Part shown: in pieces, positions 41,540-53,500 of the stretch
How positions within the stretch are numbered: position 1 is the stretch's first letter
Layout: every line of letters starts with the position of its first letter
Origin: Carpediemonas membranifera BICM
Lineage: Eukaryota; Protista; Fornicata
NCBI GenBank assembly: GCA_019828565.1
Contig: JAHDYR010000004.1
Span: 186,001-250,000 of the forward strand
Direction: 5' to 3'
Length of the DNA: 64,000 nt
Program-made: the position numbers and the translations under genes
Notes under the pieces: generated by a model
What the model saw: only the letters and a program-made list of their open reading frames with translations
What the model was told of the DNA's origin: nothing
The model's database searches: none

Positions 41540-41604
41540 AATCTCAATCCTGCTCGGTCGTCGCAGCTTCCGCAAACGCACCGGCCTGCTGGCTGAAGTC
41601 CTGT

Positions 41605-42571
41605 ATGAGTGCTATACTCAGTGCTACATTGTCCCAAAAGACAGATGAAGTCACCGATCTTCCCTTAAGCATGCTAAATCCCTTCACTCGCCGGTATGTG
41701 AAGCACGACATATTCTGGTTCATCAAGGTCCTTCTGATCCCCGTCATATGGCTCATTCACACCGGCTGCTTCTTCACTCTCATGCTATCCTTCGCCCCTT
41801 TCTACGTCCTCCTTCTCGGCAAGGACCACACCCGGCCCATGCCCCTGTGGCGCCAACGGGTCAGCCATGCCATCTCACTCCCCGCACTGACCATATTCCT
41901 AGCTAGCTTCGGCGTTTTTGTCCGTGAGCGCGGGCTGGAGAACATCCAGGGACGGCCCCGCGTGATTGTGTCGAACCACGTGTCGGCACTCGACATCATG
42001 GCCATCTGGCGGCGATTCCAGAACTCATTCGTGAGCAAGGCCGAGGTCCAGGATATCTTCGCGATGGGCACGTACGCCAAGTGCCTCCGCTGCGTCTTTG
42101 TGAACAGGGGTAGCGGCAACTCTGGCATCCATGAAGTGATCAAGACGCGGGTAGAAGACCCTCGTCTGTGGCCCCCGATCACATTCTTCCCCGAAGGAAC
42201 CACCACCAACGGGAGCGCAGTCATCCGCTTCCACGTCGGCGCATTGTCAGTCTCCTAACCCCGACTTACACAGCAAACCCGGCGTCCCAGTCCAACCGGT
42301 CGCGATCAAGTACCACTGGCGCCACACAGACCCGTCGGACACCTGCATCGGCACGTGGAAGCACCTCTCTGTCATTTGGTGGTCGATGTTTACTCTCATC
42401 GAGGTTACTTACCTTCCCCTCTACACCCCCAGTGAAGAAGAGAAGGCAGACCCCATGCTGTTCGCAGAGAACGTCAGGATGGAGATTGCGAAGACCTTGG
42501 ACGTGCCACTGAGCAGCGGCACGTTCAAGGCGAAGATGGCCTTCCTCGGGGCGGGCCGGAAAGAGGAGTAG
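41605..42571 (+). CDS. Lysophospholipid acyltransferase (LPCAT/PlsC family), with a 28-nt intron at 42246-42273
   Basis: NHVSALD, FVSKAE, FFPEGTTTNG; splicing gtcagt..ctaac..acag gives GAFKPGVPVQPVAIKY and continues to EEEKADPMLFAENVR. Confidence 0.92.
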
Positions 42572-42763
42572 GTTTTCCGGGTCTTGCTATTGAATAAAAC
42601 TTGCGGTTAGGCGCCCCTTGATGAATCTAACATCAAGTTCCAAGTCCAGGAATCCGTCGCCATCGCTGACAGGATCTGATCGCGACACGTTGCATATCGC
42701 AGGTTAAGGTTCCATCATTCCATCATTCGCCACACAACTTTCTATCAACCAACTATCAACTTC

Positions 42764-43501
42764 ATGCACATTAGATTGCTGTTAGCTCTCTTACTGACAC
42801 TTATCTCATTCTGCTCTTGTGATTTCTGCCGTGATTCAGGAATTTCTGTGACGGTGGAGAAGCAGCCGGACCTTTCGACACAGAAGATCACCTTCACTGT
42901 AACTAACGAATGCCAATACCACATTGGCGCTGCAAGTTACGCGAACGTTGAACTTCTCGAGCGGCCAGCCGATAAGACAAACGATGGCCAGACGAGTCTC
43001 TCCCCCGACAACATCAAGAGCAAGGCCCTCAGCCTGCCCCATAGCGGATACTACGTCTACGACTTCAGCAACTTTTCCAACGATCAATCGGTCGTCTGCG
43101 TGCACATCGACGCCGCTGATCTGTCGGCTTTTGTCGAGGGATGCAGCCAACCGGTCACCCTTGGCGAGGACGACGGCTCCTCCGCCATCGCCAAGTTCCT
43201 CACTGATGCCTTCATCTTCATCGTTGTGGCTTTCGTCGTGCTCCTCATCATCATCTGCCTCATTGCAGTGTGCGTCGCCCTTCTTCTTCTGGGCGTGGTG
43301 TGGGCGGCCGTCAAGCACTTCTTCCCCGGGCTCGACATGAGCGACATGTTCGACTTCTGGCGTGCCTCTATGGGGCTGGGGGGAGATGGTTACGATCATC
43401 TCGACGACGATTACGATGACTACGACGACACCGACTACGGCACCACCTTCCCCGGCCCCATGCTGCCCGGTATGGATGGATTCGGGTACAACAGCTACTG
43501 A
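42764..43501 (+). CDS. Type I membrane protein, paralog of 2236-2979
   Basis: Signal peptide, same 4-Cys spacing, long TM, acidic Tyr-rich tail. Confidence 0.7.
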   Translation: MHIRLLLALLLTLISFCSCDFCRDSGISVTVEKQPDLSTQKITFTVTNECQYHIGAASYANVELLERPADKTNDGQTSLSPDNIKSKALSLPHSGYYVYDFSNFSNDQSVVCVHIDAADLSAFVEGCSQPVTLGEDDGSSAIAKFLTDAFIFIVVAFVVLLIIICLIAVCVALLLLGVVWAAVKHFFPGLDMSDMFDFWRASMGLGGDGYDHLDDDYDDYDDTDYGTTFPGPMLPGMDGFGYNSY

Positions 43502-43752
43502 TAAAGTGTTGAGACAAGGCACGGGCGGGTCGGGGTGACAGGGGCAACGTGATTGCGTCGGATGTGATTGGAATTATTGAGATTTAGCTTGGCGTCTGAA
43601 TATACTACTGTTGATTTGAGTGAGATGCGTTGATGATCGTCTCGATTGATACATTTATGAGCTGACACACGTTAAGGGCGTGGGGGCTTTGTAGTCGACC
43701 CACTTCCCAGAAATACCTCCAGCGTCATGCTACAATTTATAAACACCACTTT

Positions 43753-45135
43753 TCAAGCGAAGAAATCGTTGTTACACAGCTCCTCGACGGCATCCTTCTT
43801 TGTCGTCCGCGTCCGCTTCTCCTTCTTCGGCAGGTAGGACCGCGGCATCGGCGGCTTTGTTGTTCGCTTAAACGGCGGCTGCTGAGCCCGTTCGAGAGCT
43901 CGCTGGAGTCTCTCCTCCTGTTGGGCCTTCTGGGCCTGAAGCTTGGCCTCACGGACAGCCTGGCGCCTCTCACGTTCCCTCTGGCCCTCTGCCTCCACCA
44001 GGATCTTCTCGGGTAGAGTAGTCGCCGTCTTAATGAGCCCCTCGAGCCTGTCCTCGAGCTTGGCCATCAGCTCGACCGCGCCAGAGTTACCGACCTCAAT
44101 GCCCACACTCCGACACGCCTCAGCGACCACCTCGTGCAGTGCGGAGAGGTCCTGCTCGACTGAGGCCGTCGGGGACCAGTCCTGGGACGCAGACCCTGCT
44201 CTGTGGATCATGGCCTCGAGCCCGGCCACCTGCTCTGTCAGGGCCGCCTTCTCCTCTTCGTACTCTCGGCGGGCAACCTCAAGCTGACTGGTGAGGAGCT
44301 CGAGACTCTCCTCAGCCTCCTGCGACGTTTGAATGAGGAAGAGGTTGCTCTCCTCGAGGGTGGAGAACGTGTCCAGCAACTGCTGGGGCTGTGTGAAGTA
44401 TAGCTCGTTCGATCCCTTGTGTTCATCAAGCCACTCAGCTGGTGCGAGGGACTCGAGGAAAGCCTTATACCGGTTGCAGTCGTTGAGCTGGTCCTGCGAC
44501 TTGCTGATGTCAGATTTCACTGCTAGAACCTGCATGTTCAGGCGTTTGATCTCTGCTTGCTTCTCGAGGCGGCGCTTGGTTTCCATCTCTGCCTTTTTGA
44601 TGGCTTGGACGGCCTCGAGGTCGTTGGCCTTCAGGAATTCGTCGAAGCGGACAGAATCCTGTTCAAGGAGTGTCTCTGCATCAGCCAGCTCCTTCTCGCG
44701 CTTGGCGGCCTTCTCCTCAAGTTGTCTGATCTCCTCCCTCTTGAGGTCAAGGCTCATTTGAACGAGGAACAGCTCACGCTTCTTCACGAGGAGATCACGT
44801 GTAGAAAGACGATCCTGGCGCTTGGTCGCACGGAGCTGAGAGAGAGCTTCCGTCAGTTCGGCCTTGGCTATGCCCTCCTTGGCATGAAGCTCCGATGGTT
44901 GCTTTAGCCCCTTGTCGAAGGCAGGACGCTTCATCACTGGCTTCTTGGCACGTACTACTTCTCGCGGACCGTGCTCATCCATGTACGCCTCGGCCTTCTC
45001 GACGATGTTCATAGAGAGAAGCTTCTGGCGCTTCTCCTGGCGCTGGCGACGCTCCAGCTCACGCAGATGAAATACTTCTTGATCTAACGGCATTTTGAAC
45101 GGATTCTCATCATCGGTGGTGTGGTTTGATGGCAT
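43753..45135 (-). CDS. CFAP100: CFAP100/CCDC37-like axonemal coiled-coil protein (DUF4200)
   Basis: NPFKMP, KKRELFLVQMSL, LEQDSVRFDEFLKAND, YKAFLESLAPAEW, LYFTQPQQLLDTFSTLEESNLFLIQ, KPPMPRS. Confidence 0.85.
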   Translation of the reverse strand: MPSNHTTDDENPFKMPLDQEVFHLRELERRQRQEKRQKLLSMNIVEKAEAYMDEHGPREVVRAKKPVMKRPAFDKGLKQPSELHAKEGIAKAELTEALSQLRATKRQDRLSTRDLLVKKRELFLVQMSLDLKREEIRQLEEKAAKREKELADAETLLEQDSVRFDEFLKANDLEAVQAIKKAEMETKRRLEKQAEIKRLNMQVLAVKSDISKSQDQLNDCNRYKAFLESLAPAEWLDEHKGSNELYFTQPQQLLDTFSTLEESNLFLIQTSQEAEESLELLTSQLEVARREYEEEKAALTEQVAGLEAMIHRAGSASQDWSPTASVEQDLSALHEVVAEACRSVGIEVGNSGAVELMAKLEDRLEGLIKTATTLPEKILVEAEGQRERERRQAVREAKLQAQKAQQEERLQRALERAQQPPFKRTTKPPMPRSYLPKKEKRTRTTKKDAVEELCNNDFFA

Positions 45136-45411
45136 ATTGGATTTTTCGTCGTGAGTGCCGATCAGCCGCGCGAAATGATTAGGCCGCCCTGCATGCCTCA
45201 GAGTGCGGAAGAAGGTAGGGAAGGTAGGGTACCACGCGCTGTGTGGTGTATCGACACTGTTCTCCAACCAGGCCAGGGGCTTTGAACAGGCCCGACTAGA
45301 GATATAAACTGCCCCTGCCCAGGCAGAAACCCATGCAGTGAGCCTTGGCGCTGCTTAACGCGCCACGGTGCGCTGTTATCGGATGACGATTTCATTTCGT
45401 CGAAATCTGAG

Positions 45412-46668
45412 ATGGAAAATTCCGCTCGTATGCGCCCGGGAACGTCCCCTGCGGCATCACAGCGTAATACAACAATGAGACAGAGCACAGCAAGCTCGAA
45501 TACGCAACCAAAACCAGCTAAGATCAGGAGCTTGCGGAGTTCTGGATATGGGCAGGTCAACAAGACGTATCTAACCAACAGGAACAGGTACCACCACGCC
45601 TCTCACTCCATATTCCCGAATGCTCTTCACAAGACCGACCGTTTCCTCCCTCCCGAGCCTGTACACCGCAAGTCACCACCACGGCGCCCGTCATCGAGCG
45701 GGCCAGCCCCAAGAATGATCAGCAGGTCAGTAGAGGCCACGCCCACCAGACCGGCACCGCAGAGGCAGTCTCCTTCGCCTCGAGTCGTGTCTGCCCGCAA
45801 GGCTGAGTCGCTACAAACCACCAATCAAGCGATGACCCTCAAATATGTTAATGCAGAGGCCCAGGCCGTCCCACAGGTCACTGTAGGCGTGCAGATGTCT
45901 CCCCCGCCTGTCTCTGCTGCTACATCCCCCATGACTGTCCCGGACGACGAGCCCCGCTCAGCGGGACAGCCCGTCTCTGTGAGTGATGCCAGCACCGAGG
46001 TCGACCAGGTCATGCAGCTGTGGGCATCGCTGTTTGAAACACTGCTGGATGACGCGGCACGTGAGGTTCACGGCAGTCTTGCCAGACGGGGTGAGGCTTC
46101 AGTGTCAGTCCTTCAGGCCCTACAGACGTCACTGTCGCCGCAGAAGCGCTCATCAAACGGAATTAAGAGATCCGATTCGCAGGCTATGCGCCGTAGTGAC
46201 TCCGTTGACTCGCTACTAACCCAACCGACCGGGATACCTCGGGGCAGGGGCATCGAGGCGGCCGGACTCAACGCCAAGTCCACCATTGCCTCGAGGCAGG
46301 AGTTCCTCGCAGCCATAGCAGACGCCCAGGCCGAGCTGGCTAACGCCCGGTCAGTCCTCTCCAAACCACCGGCCGGCGACGTCGACACCGTGGCCAAGAG
46401 CCTCCCCGAGCCGACCAAGAACACCCCCACTCGCCGGGAGACCCTGCTCGCGGACATGTCAGCCCTAGCGTGGTCATGCCGAGTGAACGCCACGATGTCC
46501 CGGCAGTACCAGGATTTCAGGGCTGGGGGAGGGGGCATGGGCCCGGGGAACCTGCTCAACATAGTGACCGGGCGCATGGTAGAGGGGTTCGTGGAGGAGG
46601 TGGCTAGGAGTCTGGAGACAATATGGGGGGAGACTGTCATTGACGTTGTTGACGGTGAGATTTCTTGA
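45412..46668 (+). CDS. Hypothetical protein
   Basis: 418-aa Ser/Pro-rich ORF. Confidence 0.6.
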   Translation: MENSARMRPGTSPAASQRNTTMRQSTASSNTQPKPAKIRSLRSSGYGQVNKTYLTNRNRYHHASHSIFPNALHKTDRFLPPEPVHRKSPPRRPSSSGPAPRMISRSVEATPTRPAPQRQSPSPRVVSARKAESLQTTNQAMTLKYVNAEAQAVPQVTVGVQMSPPPVSAATSPMTVPDDEPRSAGQPVSVSDASTEVDQVMQLWASLFETLLDDAAREVHGSLARRGEASVSVLQALQTSLSPQKRSSNGIKRSDSQAMRRSDSVDSLLTQPTGIPRGRGIEAAGLNAKSTIASRQEFLAAIADAQAELANARSVLSKPPAGDVDTVAKSLPEPTKNTPTRRETLLADMSALAWSCRVNATMSRQYQDFRAGGGGMGPGNLLNIVTGRMVEGFVEEVARSLETIWGETVIDVVDGEIS

Positions 46669-46992
46669 GAGAGTAGAGGATGAGGAGCGAAGGGCATGGG
46701 CCGTGGAGGCCCGTGCCACCATAGTAAAGGTACTTGTAGACTGTTTGTTCAAAGGGGGATGGATGAAATCGGTATCTGGTGGCATCTGGCACAATTGTGC
46801 CGAATGGGCATTTTAAGGAGGAGGTCAATCGCGCCAAGTCGTAATCTCGAGAGTTAGAGGAGAACGGCCTGATGCAGTTCGACAATAGAGTTTTATCTGA
46901 CGATATCAAAGTGTATTTCTACCTTTGGCCTTGGCCTGACAAGAAACAGCATTGTTTGTGGCCCATGCTCCAATTCTCACATAGGCGGACGG

Positions 46993-47634
46993 ATGAAGTC
47001 CGAAACAATAGAGCAGCTTGATGTTCTGTGGGCATCTAACTGGTCTCGCCGGAAAGATTCCGAAAAGATCAAGCAGTGCAAACGTTGCGGCTCCTTCTTC
47101 GCCCCCGGCACTTCAAACGGTCAACTCATGCGCCATGCACAGCGCTGCAACGACCAAATACTCGAGGACCATCTAGCGTTCAAGGGCCCAATCACCCCAC
47201 CAGCGCAGGATTCGTTCACGATCTTCGACGCGCCAAGCATCCCTCCACCCATGCTGTCGACCGGAATCACAGCGACATACGCCGAGCTCACCGCCCACAT
47301 CGAGAGTGAGAGTCCTCTGGCAGAGAGGCAGGGCGAGCTTGAGTCCAGGGAGGCGGTGCTCGACCAGCTGATCCAGTCTCAGGTCGACGACAAGGGCAAC
47401 GGGCTAGGGAACGGCGAGGTGACGTTCAAACGGCTGCTGGACTTCTACCAGGCGATACAGTACTCGCTGACCGACATTGGCAGCCGTATCAGGCGAACTG
47501 AGGCCGAGGAGGCTTTGGCGACGATCGGGACGATGCCTAAGATCCCCAAGTTCGACCAGGACCCCATACCCGGGCCTGGGCATAACCTGCCGCTTCCACC
47601 TATCATACAACCGCCCGGAGACAAGCGGCTCTGA
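46993..47634 (+). CDS. Small protein with BED-type zinc-finger-like N-terminus
   Basis: W..W...CKRCGSFF..GTSNGQLMRHAQRC followed by a short coiled coil. Confidence 0.55.
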   Translation: MKSETIEQLDVLWASNWSRRKDSEKIKQCKRCGSFFAPGTSNGQLMRHAQRCNDQILEDHLAFKGPITPPAQDSFTIFDAPSIPPPMLSTGITATYAELTAHIESESPLAERQGELESREAVLDQLIQSQVDDKGNGLGNGEVTFKRLLDFYQAIQYSLTDIGSRIRRTEAEEALATIGTMPKIPKFDQDPIPGPGHNLPLPPIIQPPGDKRL

Positions 47635-47812
47635 CAATGGTCACTGTGTAAACCTGCCTCTCTTGACTCTGGTCTTCAGTACTCGGGAAGAAGGAAGCGA
47701 GCGGCGAAAAGCGGGGAGCGGAGTGGTTGGGTGGAGGGAAGCGTGTGTGGCGCGTTGTCACCGCTCGACGGTCTTGACTCGACAGAAGTCGCCAAAATTT
47801 TAGAACAACAGA

Positions 47813-48748
47813 ATGCAGCAGTCTCGCGAAGGAGCGGATCTTCTTCGTCCCAGGCGGCTTACTACCGCTGAAGAGCTAGAAATTGATGAAAATGAGACTA
47901 TATTGCAGAGCGTGCGGAAGTACCCGCTCGGCAAATCCTCTGGGACGAACCCCAAGGACAACGAGTTCGTCTACGGCAAGCCTAGCGATGATGTAGACGA
48001 GCACGTAGTTCAAGCAGTTCAGTCGAACGTCCTTTTCTCCACACAGTACGAAGACGAGCAGCAACGCCCCATCTCTAGGAACCGCGTCGGTCTGCCCATC
48101 AACCAGGCCGCCCTGCCACCTGGAAGAGCGCAGAAGCTCAACTATAAGTGGCCTGGTGGTGTCGACCCCGACTGTACCCGCTTCGGCGACTCTGTGCCCA
48201 AATCCGAACTGGATTCGGCCAAGGCTGCCCTAACCTTCGAGTCCGAGGACTTCAAGACTAATGAGCTGATCGCTATGGCTATGGAGCGGCAGATCGGCCG
48301 GCCTGTGGTGACACCCAAGGTCACCTCAGCGCCCGTCGGCAGGATTCCCGACGGGCCTGTGGCCGGAATCCCCACTATCGGCGACGGCCAGTCCGTGGGT
48401 CAACTCCTCGCACACGACAGCTGGATGCCGCACAAGGAGAAGCCCCGCAGAGACCCCACTGCCGCGCCTGTTGCTGGGGTACCATCTGTTCGAGGAGACC
48501 TCGCTGCGCCACAGAGCAGGAAGGTCACTGACGCCACGAACTACGGCACCGAGCTTGGTGTAGCAGGCGCAGTGCGGCCCCCGCCCGGCACTGAGGCGGG
48601 AGTCGATGAGGATCTCAGAATCGCCCAGCCCGTGGACAAGATCCTCGAGATCTTGGACAAGAGCGGCTGGAGCGCGGCTGATATCGAGAAGGTCGCGAAG
48701 AGCGGGCTCAGGGAGCTCTGTCTGCTCGATGCACTCGCAATGGTGTGA
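47813..48748 (+). CDS. EFHB/CFAP21-like ciliary protein
   Basis: FVYGKPS, YKWP..VDP..TRFG, GVPSVRGDLAAPQSRKVTDATNYGTE resemble the EFHB GVP..R.D..AP..R...D..NYG.E motif. Confidence 0.65.
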   Translation: MQQSREGADLLRPRRLTTAEELEIDENETILQSVRKYPLGKSSGTNPKDNEFVYGKPSDDVDEHVVQAVQSNVLFSTQYEDEQQRPISRNRVGLPINQAALPPGRAQKLNYKWPGGVDPDCTRFGDSVPKSELDSAKAALTFESEDFKTNELIAMAMERQIGRPVVTPKVTSAPVGRIPDGPVAGIPTIGDGQSVGQLLAHDSWMPHKEKPRRDPTAAPVAGVPSVRGDLAAPQSRKVTDATNYGTELGVAGAVRPPPGTEAGVDEDLRIAQPVDKILEILDKSGWSAADIEKVAKSGLRELCLLDALAMV

Positions 48749-48912
48749 TTTATAAATATGCTCGCTTGACTGGGCTGTGTCGTTGGGTCACGGGTGATAA
48801 CTTTACATATGCTCACATAAAGGATAGGCAGTCCCGCTCTACGCGGCAGGGAGTCTTGTTCATGAGACAGTGCCGCTCGCGCAGAATTGCGCATAAAGTG
48901 CGAGCATGCGCG

Positions 48913-50463
48913 ATGTCGAATTCCCAGCACTACGAGGCTATTCTGGGGCTATTCAAGCATGGGCTAATACAGAATAAGCCATTAGAACCCGAATCGGCAG
49001 ATGAAAAGCCTGAAAAGAGAGTAGATCGACAACATGTGGCCATTCAAGCCACGACTGTGCTTACTATTTCGTCAGGAACGATGACAGACACTGATCCAAG
49101 TGTTATTGCTTTATCCCATCTGAAGGCCGAGCTTATAGACCAAAAGAAGTCTCTTAACTCGAAAATTAGTGACCTCGAAGCTCGCCTTGCCGTCGCCACC
49201 GCAGACGTCGCCGAGTACCGAAAGAGCAGAGACGCAGACACAAAGTCCCACCAGGACGAGCTTTCCAAGCTCCGTGAGGCGATGAAGTCCCAGAAAGACC
49301 GCCACGCCGCCGAGCTCTCGCAGAGGGAGGATAAGCTGAGGCGTGCCATGGCCTCCTTGAAGGACGAGCACGCAGCCAAGATCAAGCGAGTGTCTGGTCT
49401 CCTCCGCGACCTGCAGGAGGCCGGAACCCGCTCTCGGAGCCTCCTCGACGAAGCCAGGGAGCAGGCGGCCGAGGTCAGCACAGCAAGGGAGTCACGGCCT
49501 CTCAAGGACAGGATAGCCGTGCTCGAGCGGGAGCTGGACGTGGTCCGGGGCGAGTGTCGGCAACAGGAGGCCACCATCGCCCGACTGTCGGAGGAGAGGA
49601 CTGAGCTCACACTCAAGGCGGGCGAGGCACGGCAGGGGGAGGCTGTGCTCAAGAATACCGCGGCCGACTTGGATGTCATGACCCAAGAGAGAGACGCCCT
49701 GGCCTCCAAGGTCAAGCGGCTCGAGATCGAGGCAAGAGACACGCGGCGACAGCTACATGCAGCCAATCAGAGGCTCGAGGAGGCTGAAGCAGAGGCTGCA
49801 GAGCTAATGAGTAACGCCGAGGCCCTCAGATACGAGTGCAGCGAGCTCAGGACCCAGGCCCGTGCCCACGGTGACGCCGCAGACATTGCCGAGCACAGGA
49901 ATAGGAGGATGGTGGCACTCGTCAGCGAGGTCGAGGGAATGCGGCACGCGCTCGAGGACAGGGATGCGGAGGTGCGGCGTCTCAAAGCTGAAGTTGAGGC
50001 AGCGGAGAAGAGGTGCAAGGAGACGGTGGAGGCAAAAAATGACGAGTTCAAGGCTAAGTTGAGTAGTTTTGAGACTCTTCTTGCCGGACAACGGGACTGG
50101 TCATCTCGTCTGAAGCACACGAAGCAGCAGCTCGAGGAGGAGCAGGCTGCAAGGGAGGAGGTCGAAGACAGGGTCTCAGAGCTTGAGGACGAGATTTATG
50201 AGACGAAAGAGGCGCTGACCAAGGCGACCAAGGCCCTCGCAGCGGTGTCTAGTGCGCAGGAGGAGGAGTTCAGGAAGCGGCTGGAGCCGGTGCAGGCCGA
50301 GCTCACCGCCCAGTTCCAGCAGGAGCGGCGGGAGCATATGGCAGAGTCCGAGCGGCTCAGGAAGCGGGTGCGAGAGCTCCAAGAGAAGCTTCGGGCAAAA
50401 ACTGCGGAGCTGCGGCAGAGGGATGAAACCCTGGAGAAAATCCGGGGGATCGGCGGGCTATGA
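48913..50463 (+). CDS. Long coiled-coil protein
   Basis: Continuous E/K/R/A/L-rich heptad sequence; start uncertain. Confidence 0.7.
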   Translation: MSNSQHYEAILGLFKHGLIQNKPLEPESADEKPEKRVDRQHVAIQATTVLTISSGTMTDTDPSVIALSHLKAELIDQKKSLNSKISDLEARLAVATADVAEYRKSRDADTKSHQDELSKLREAMKSQKDRHAAELSQREDKLRRAMASLKDEHAAKIKRVSGLLRDLQEAGTRSRSLLDEAREQAAEVSTARESRPLKDRIAVLERELDVVRGECRQQEATIARLSEERTELTLKAGEARQGEAVLKNTAADLDVMTQERDALASKVKRLEIEARDTRRQLHAANQRLEEAEAEAAELMSNAEALRYECSELRTQARAHGDAADIAEHRNRRMVALVSEVEGMRHALEDRDAEVRRLKAEVEAAEKRCKETVEAKNDEFKAKLSSFETLLAGQRDWSSRLKHTKQQLEEEQAAREEVEDRVSELEDEIYETKEALTKATKALAAVSSAQEEEFRKRLEPVQAELTAQFQQERREHMAESERLRKRVRELQEKLRAKTAELRQRDETLEKIRGIGGL

Positions 50464-50578
50464 GGAGATGCGTGTACAGTGTATTCTATAAGCACGGTTA
50501 ACGCTACATTTTTGCGTTACATGACTCACGTAAATGGAATCGACGAACACACCAGTCTAGAATCCCTCATCATATAGA

Positions 50579-53500
50579 ATGCCCGGCGCCAGCAAAGGCG
50601 ACGCGGAAATAACAAACGATGAACCAAAGAAGAGTGCAGATGGTCAAAAGAGGCACGGGAAGTCCAGAGACAGCAAGGGTCAGCACGGATCAAATAGGCC
50701 CGCGAGCAAGCACCCATTGGGAGCAGATAACGTCGATTTGGAGTACAATGCGACCAAACGAGCGTTCCGTTCCAAGCTTGTGGAGCTAGACCTTTCAGAG
50801 AAGCAAGTTCACGAGCGTGCCGCCAGGGTTTCAGACCGTTTCGCGGCGACGCTCGAGTCTTTCCGCACGGAGTTCAGGACCCGCACAGACGCCGCCAAGA
50901 AGCTCGACATGAACACGGTCAAGCCAGTTGTCGAGCTTGTCGACGGATGTTGCCAGACGCTTCGGCTTAATGACCAAGGGGATGAGTGCTCCGAGTCCGA
51001 GGAGGAGTTCGAGGACGGCGACGCTGCTCTGCATAGACTGGCGCCCAATTTCGCCACAATTCGGCGAGGCAGGCCTGTCCGCCAGCTTGGCGACATCGAG
51101 GCGTGGCTTTCTCAGCTCGCTGACAGCTCTGTCGACGAGTCGACCCTTTCCATACTCGAGAAGCAACTGACGCTCGAGGGGTACGAGCTGGACGCCCAGA
51201 AGGACGATTTACTGAGGCAAGAAAAGGAGGCCCAGTCAACCCGCAAGGCCAAAGCGTCTGATCTATGGAGCAAGATCGAGGAGGTTGTCAACGGCATCCT
51301 GGCCGAAGGCGGGTCTCCCGAGCCTGACGAGGAGACTGAGGAAGAATCGAACGCACCACCAACAGCGAACAAGCGGCTTCAGGCCCAACTCGACGCCGTC
51401 AGACGGCAACTTGACGTGGCAAACAGGAAAGCCCGGTCAGCAGCCATGGAGTGCAGCACATACAAGATGGACGCGACGAAATCCGGCCAGAGGATCGCCC
51501 AGATGGAGATCGAGCTCAACACGGCAGCCGCTCACTCGATGGACCTCGAGAACAGACTCGCCGTCGCTGAAAAAAGACTGGGCGAGAGTCAGGCCGACTC
51601 GCAGTCGATGCAGTCGGAGCTGTTGAACGTAAGACGCAGGCTTGAGCAGACGGAGAAGACGAGGGACAGTCTGCAGGCAATGAACGATGAAGCCCAGAGA
51701 GCCCTGCAGAAGATGAGACTGGACACGGCGATGGCAAGAGCGCAGACTCCACCGACCCCCAAGGCAAGGACCCCAGTGAGCTCCAGGAGTCGCCCCGGAT
51801 TCTCAGATCCGCCCCAGGTGGAAACTGTCAGCGAGGGGTGCCAGGCCAACCCCAAGGCGTTCGATACATGGGTCCAGGTCAACCCGACCCAGCCGACGAC
51901 GGCACGGAGGCCCGCGGATAAGAATGTGCAGGTGGAGCTGCTGGTGAGGCCCGAGACTGTCCAGGGCACGCAGACCCTACACCCACCCCGTCCGGCCACG
52001 GTCACGAGCTCAACCTCGACTGAGAACCTTGCAGTCGGCCTACCCCCGAGGCCACTGACTGTCACCATGGCCACGCCCTCCACCGAGTTGAGGTGGACCG
52101 GATTCCAGCCGACAGGCGGAGTGAACGACTCCGATGGTGACTCTGACTCTGGGAGTGAGTCGAGAGGCCATGGGATGGAGCACAGCTCAATCGACGCTGG
52201 CCGTTGTTCCAGTCAGACTCTCACTCGCCACGCACTCGCCACGTCGGGCGCCATGTCGCAGGATCCATTCACAGCATCGATAAGGTCGCTCGGGTCCAGG
52301 AACTCGTCGAGAGCATTGCTACCGCCAGGAATGGAGCGGCCAGTCGAGCGAGAGGAGGATAGAATTAGCGATGAGTCTGATATCCAGTCGGCACGGTCAG
52401 AGTCTGATTATGGATATGACTCAACCGGTGAGTCAGCCCACGTGACACCAGCCATTCCCCAGTTGAAGCACATCGCGTCCATGGATTTGCCGGAGACTCC
52501 CGTGTCCCAACAGACCCAGGAGTTCGGCAACAGCGACCTGGACGATAGCTCCTTCTCCCAAGACTCTCTGAGCGACGACATTCCCATCAGCCACCGCTCT
52601 ATTGAGCAGTTTGCTGGCGAGGCTGGGCCCGCGGGTCGACTTGTGGCGCTTCTCCAAGAGGAGCTGCGGGAGGAGCAGCGCAAGGTGGGGGATCTTACCG
52701 TCGAGGCCGAGCGACTGTCGATGGTGGAACCTGAGCTGTCCCGGCTCAGAGAGAGGCTGAATCGTGCCACGGCCGAGTTGAAGACAAAGGACATCGTCAT
52801 CGAGGAGTTGTCCGCCACACTCACAACTATCCAGAAGAAGGCCGGGGGCGAGGCACAGCAGCCTGGTGAGGAGACGGAGGGCACTGCGACCGAGGCGGGC
52901 GAGACCACCGGACCCCCTGCCGCGGGTGACTCAAAGCCCAAGTCTGTCCTGGCCGCCATCGCCGACGCCCCTCCCACACCCGCTGGCATCCCGCCCGAGC
53001 TCGCCTCCAGTCTCTGGGGCCGAGTCGCCCAGCTCGAGGCCAGCGCCTCACGAGTCGAGTCTCTCCTGTCCAGACCACTGGACCCGGCAGACGTCCAGCA
53101 GCGGTCACCCCATAACATGGCAGGGGCAGAAGCCGCAGCAGGACTCGGGGTTGAATCCTCCGGGCCCATGCGGGACGAGTTGGACGACCCGCCCGAGTAT
53201 GTGCTGGCCCTGGGTTCGAGGGACGGCAGGCGACCGAGCAGGGTTTTATTGGACAACGGCCAGCTGATTCGGGCCGAGCTGAGCAGGATGAGGGCAGTCT
53301 CGGCCTCACTCAGATCTGCCCTAGGGCTGGTCGGGTCGACTGACTGGAGTCTCGACTCCTCCAGAGTCAAGGCCGAGCCTGCAGTGGAAGAGTCTGCCGA
53401 GCCGGACACCCCCGTCTTCGCCCCCGTCGCGAGGAGGGACCGTGCCTGCTCTCCCATCGTCTTCCCCGCCCAGCGTGTGTCACTGCTCGACCGGGTAAGC

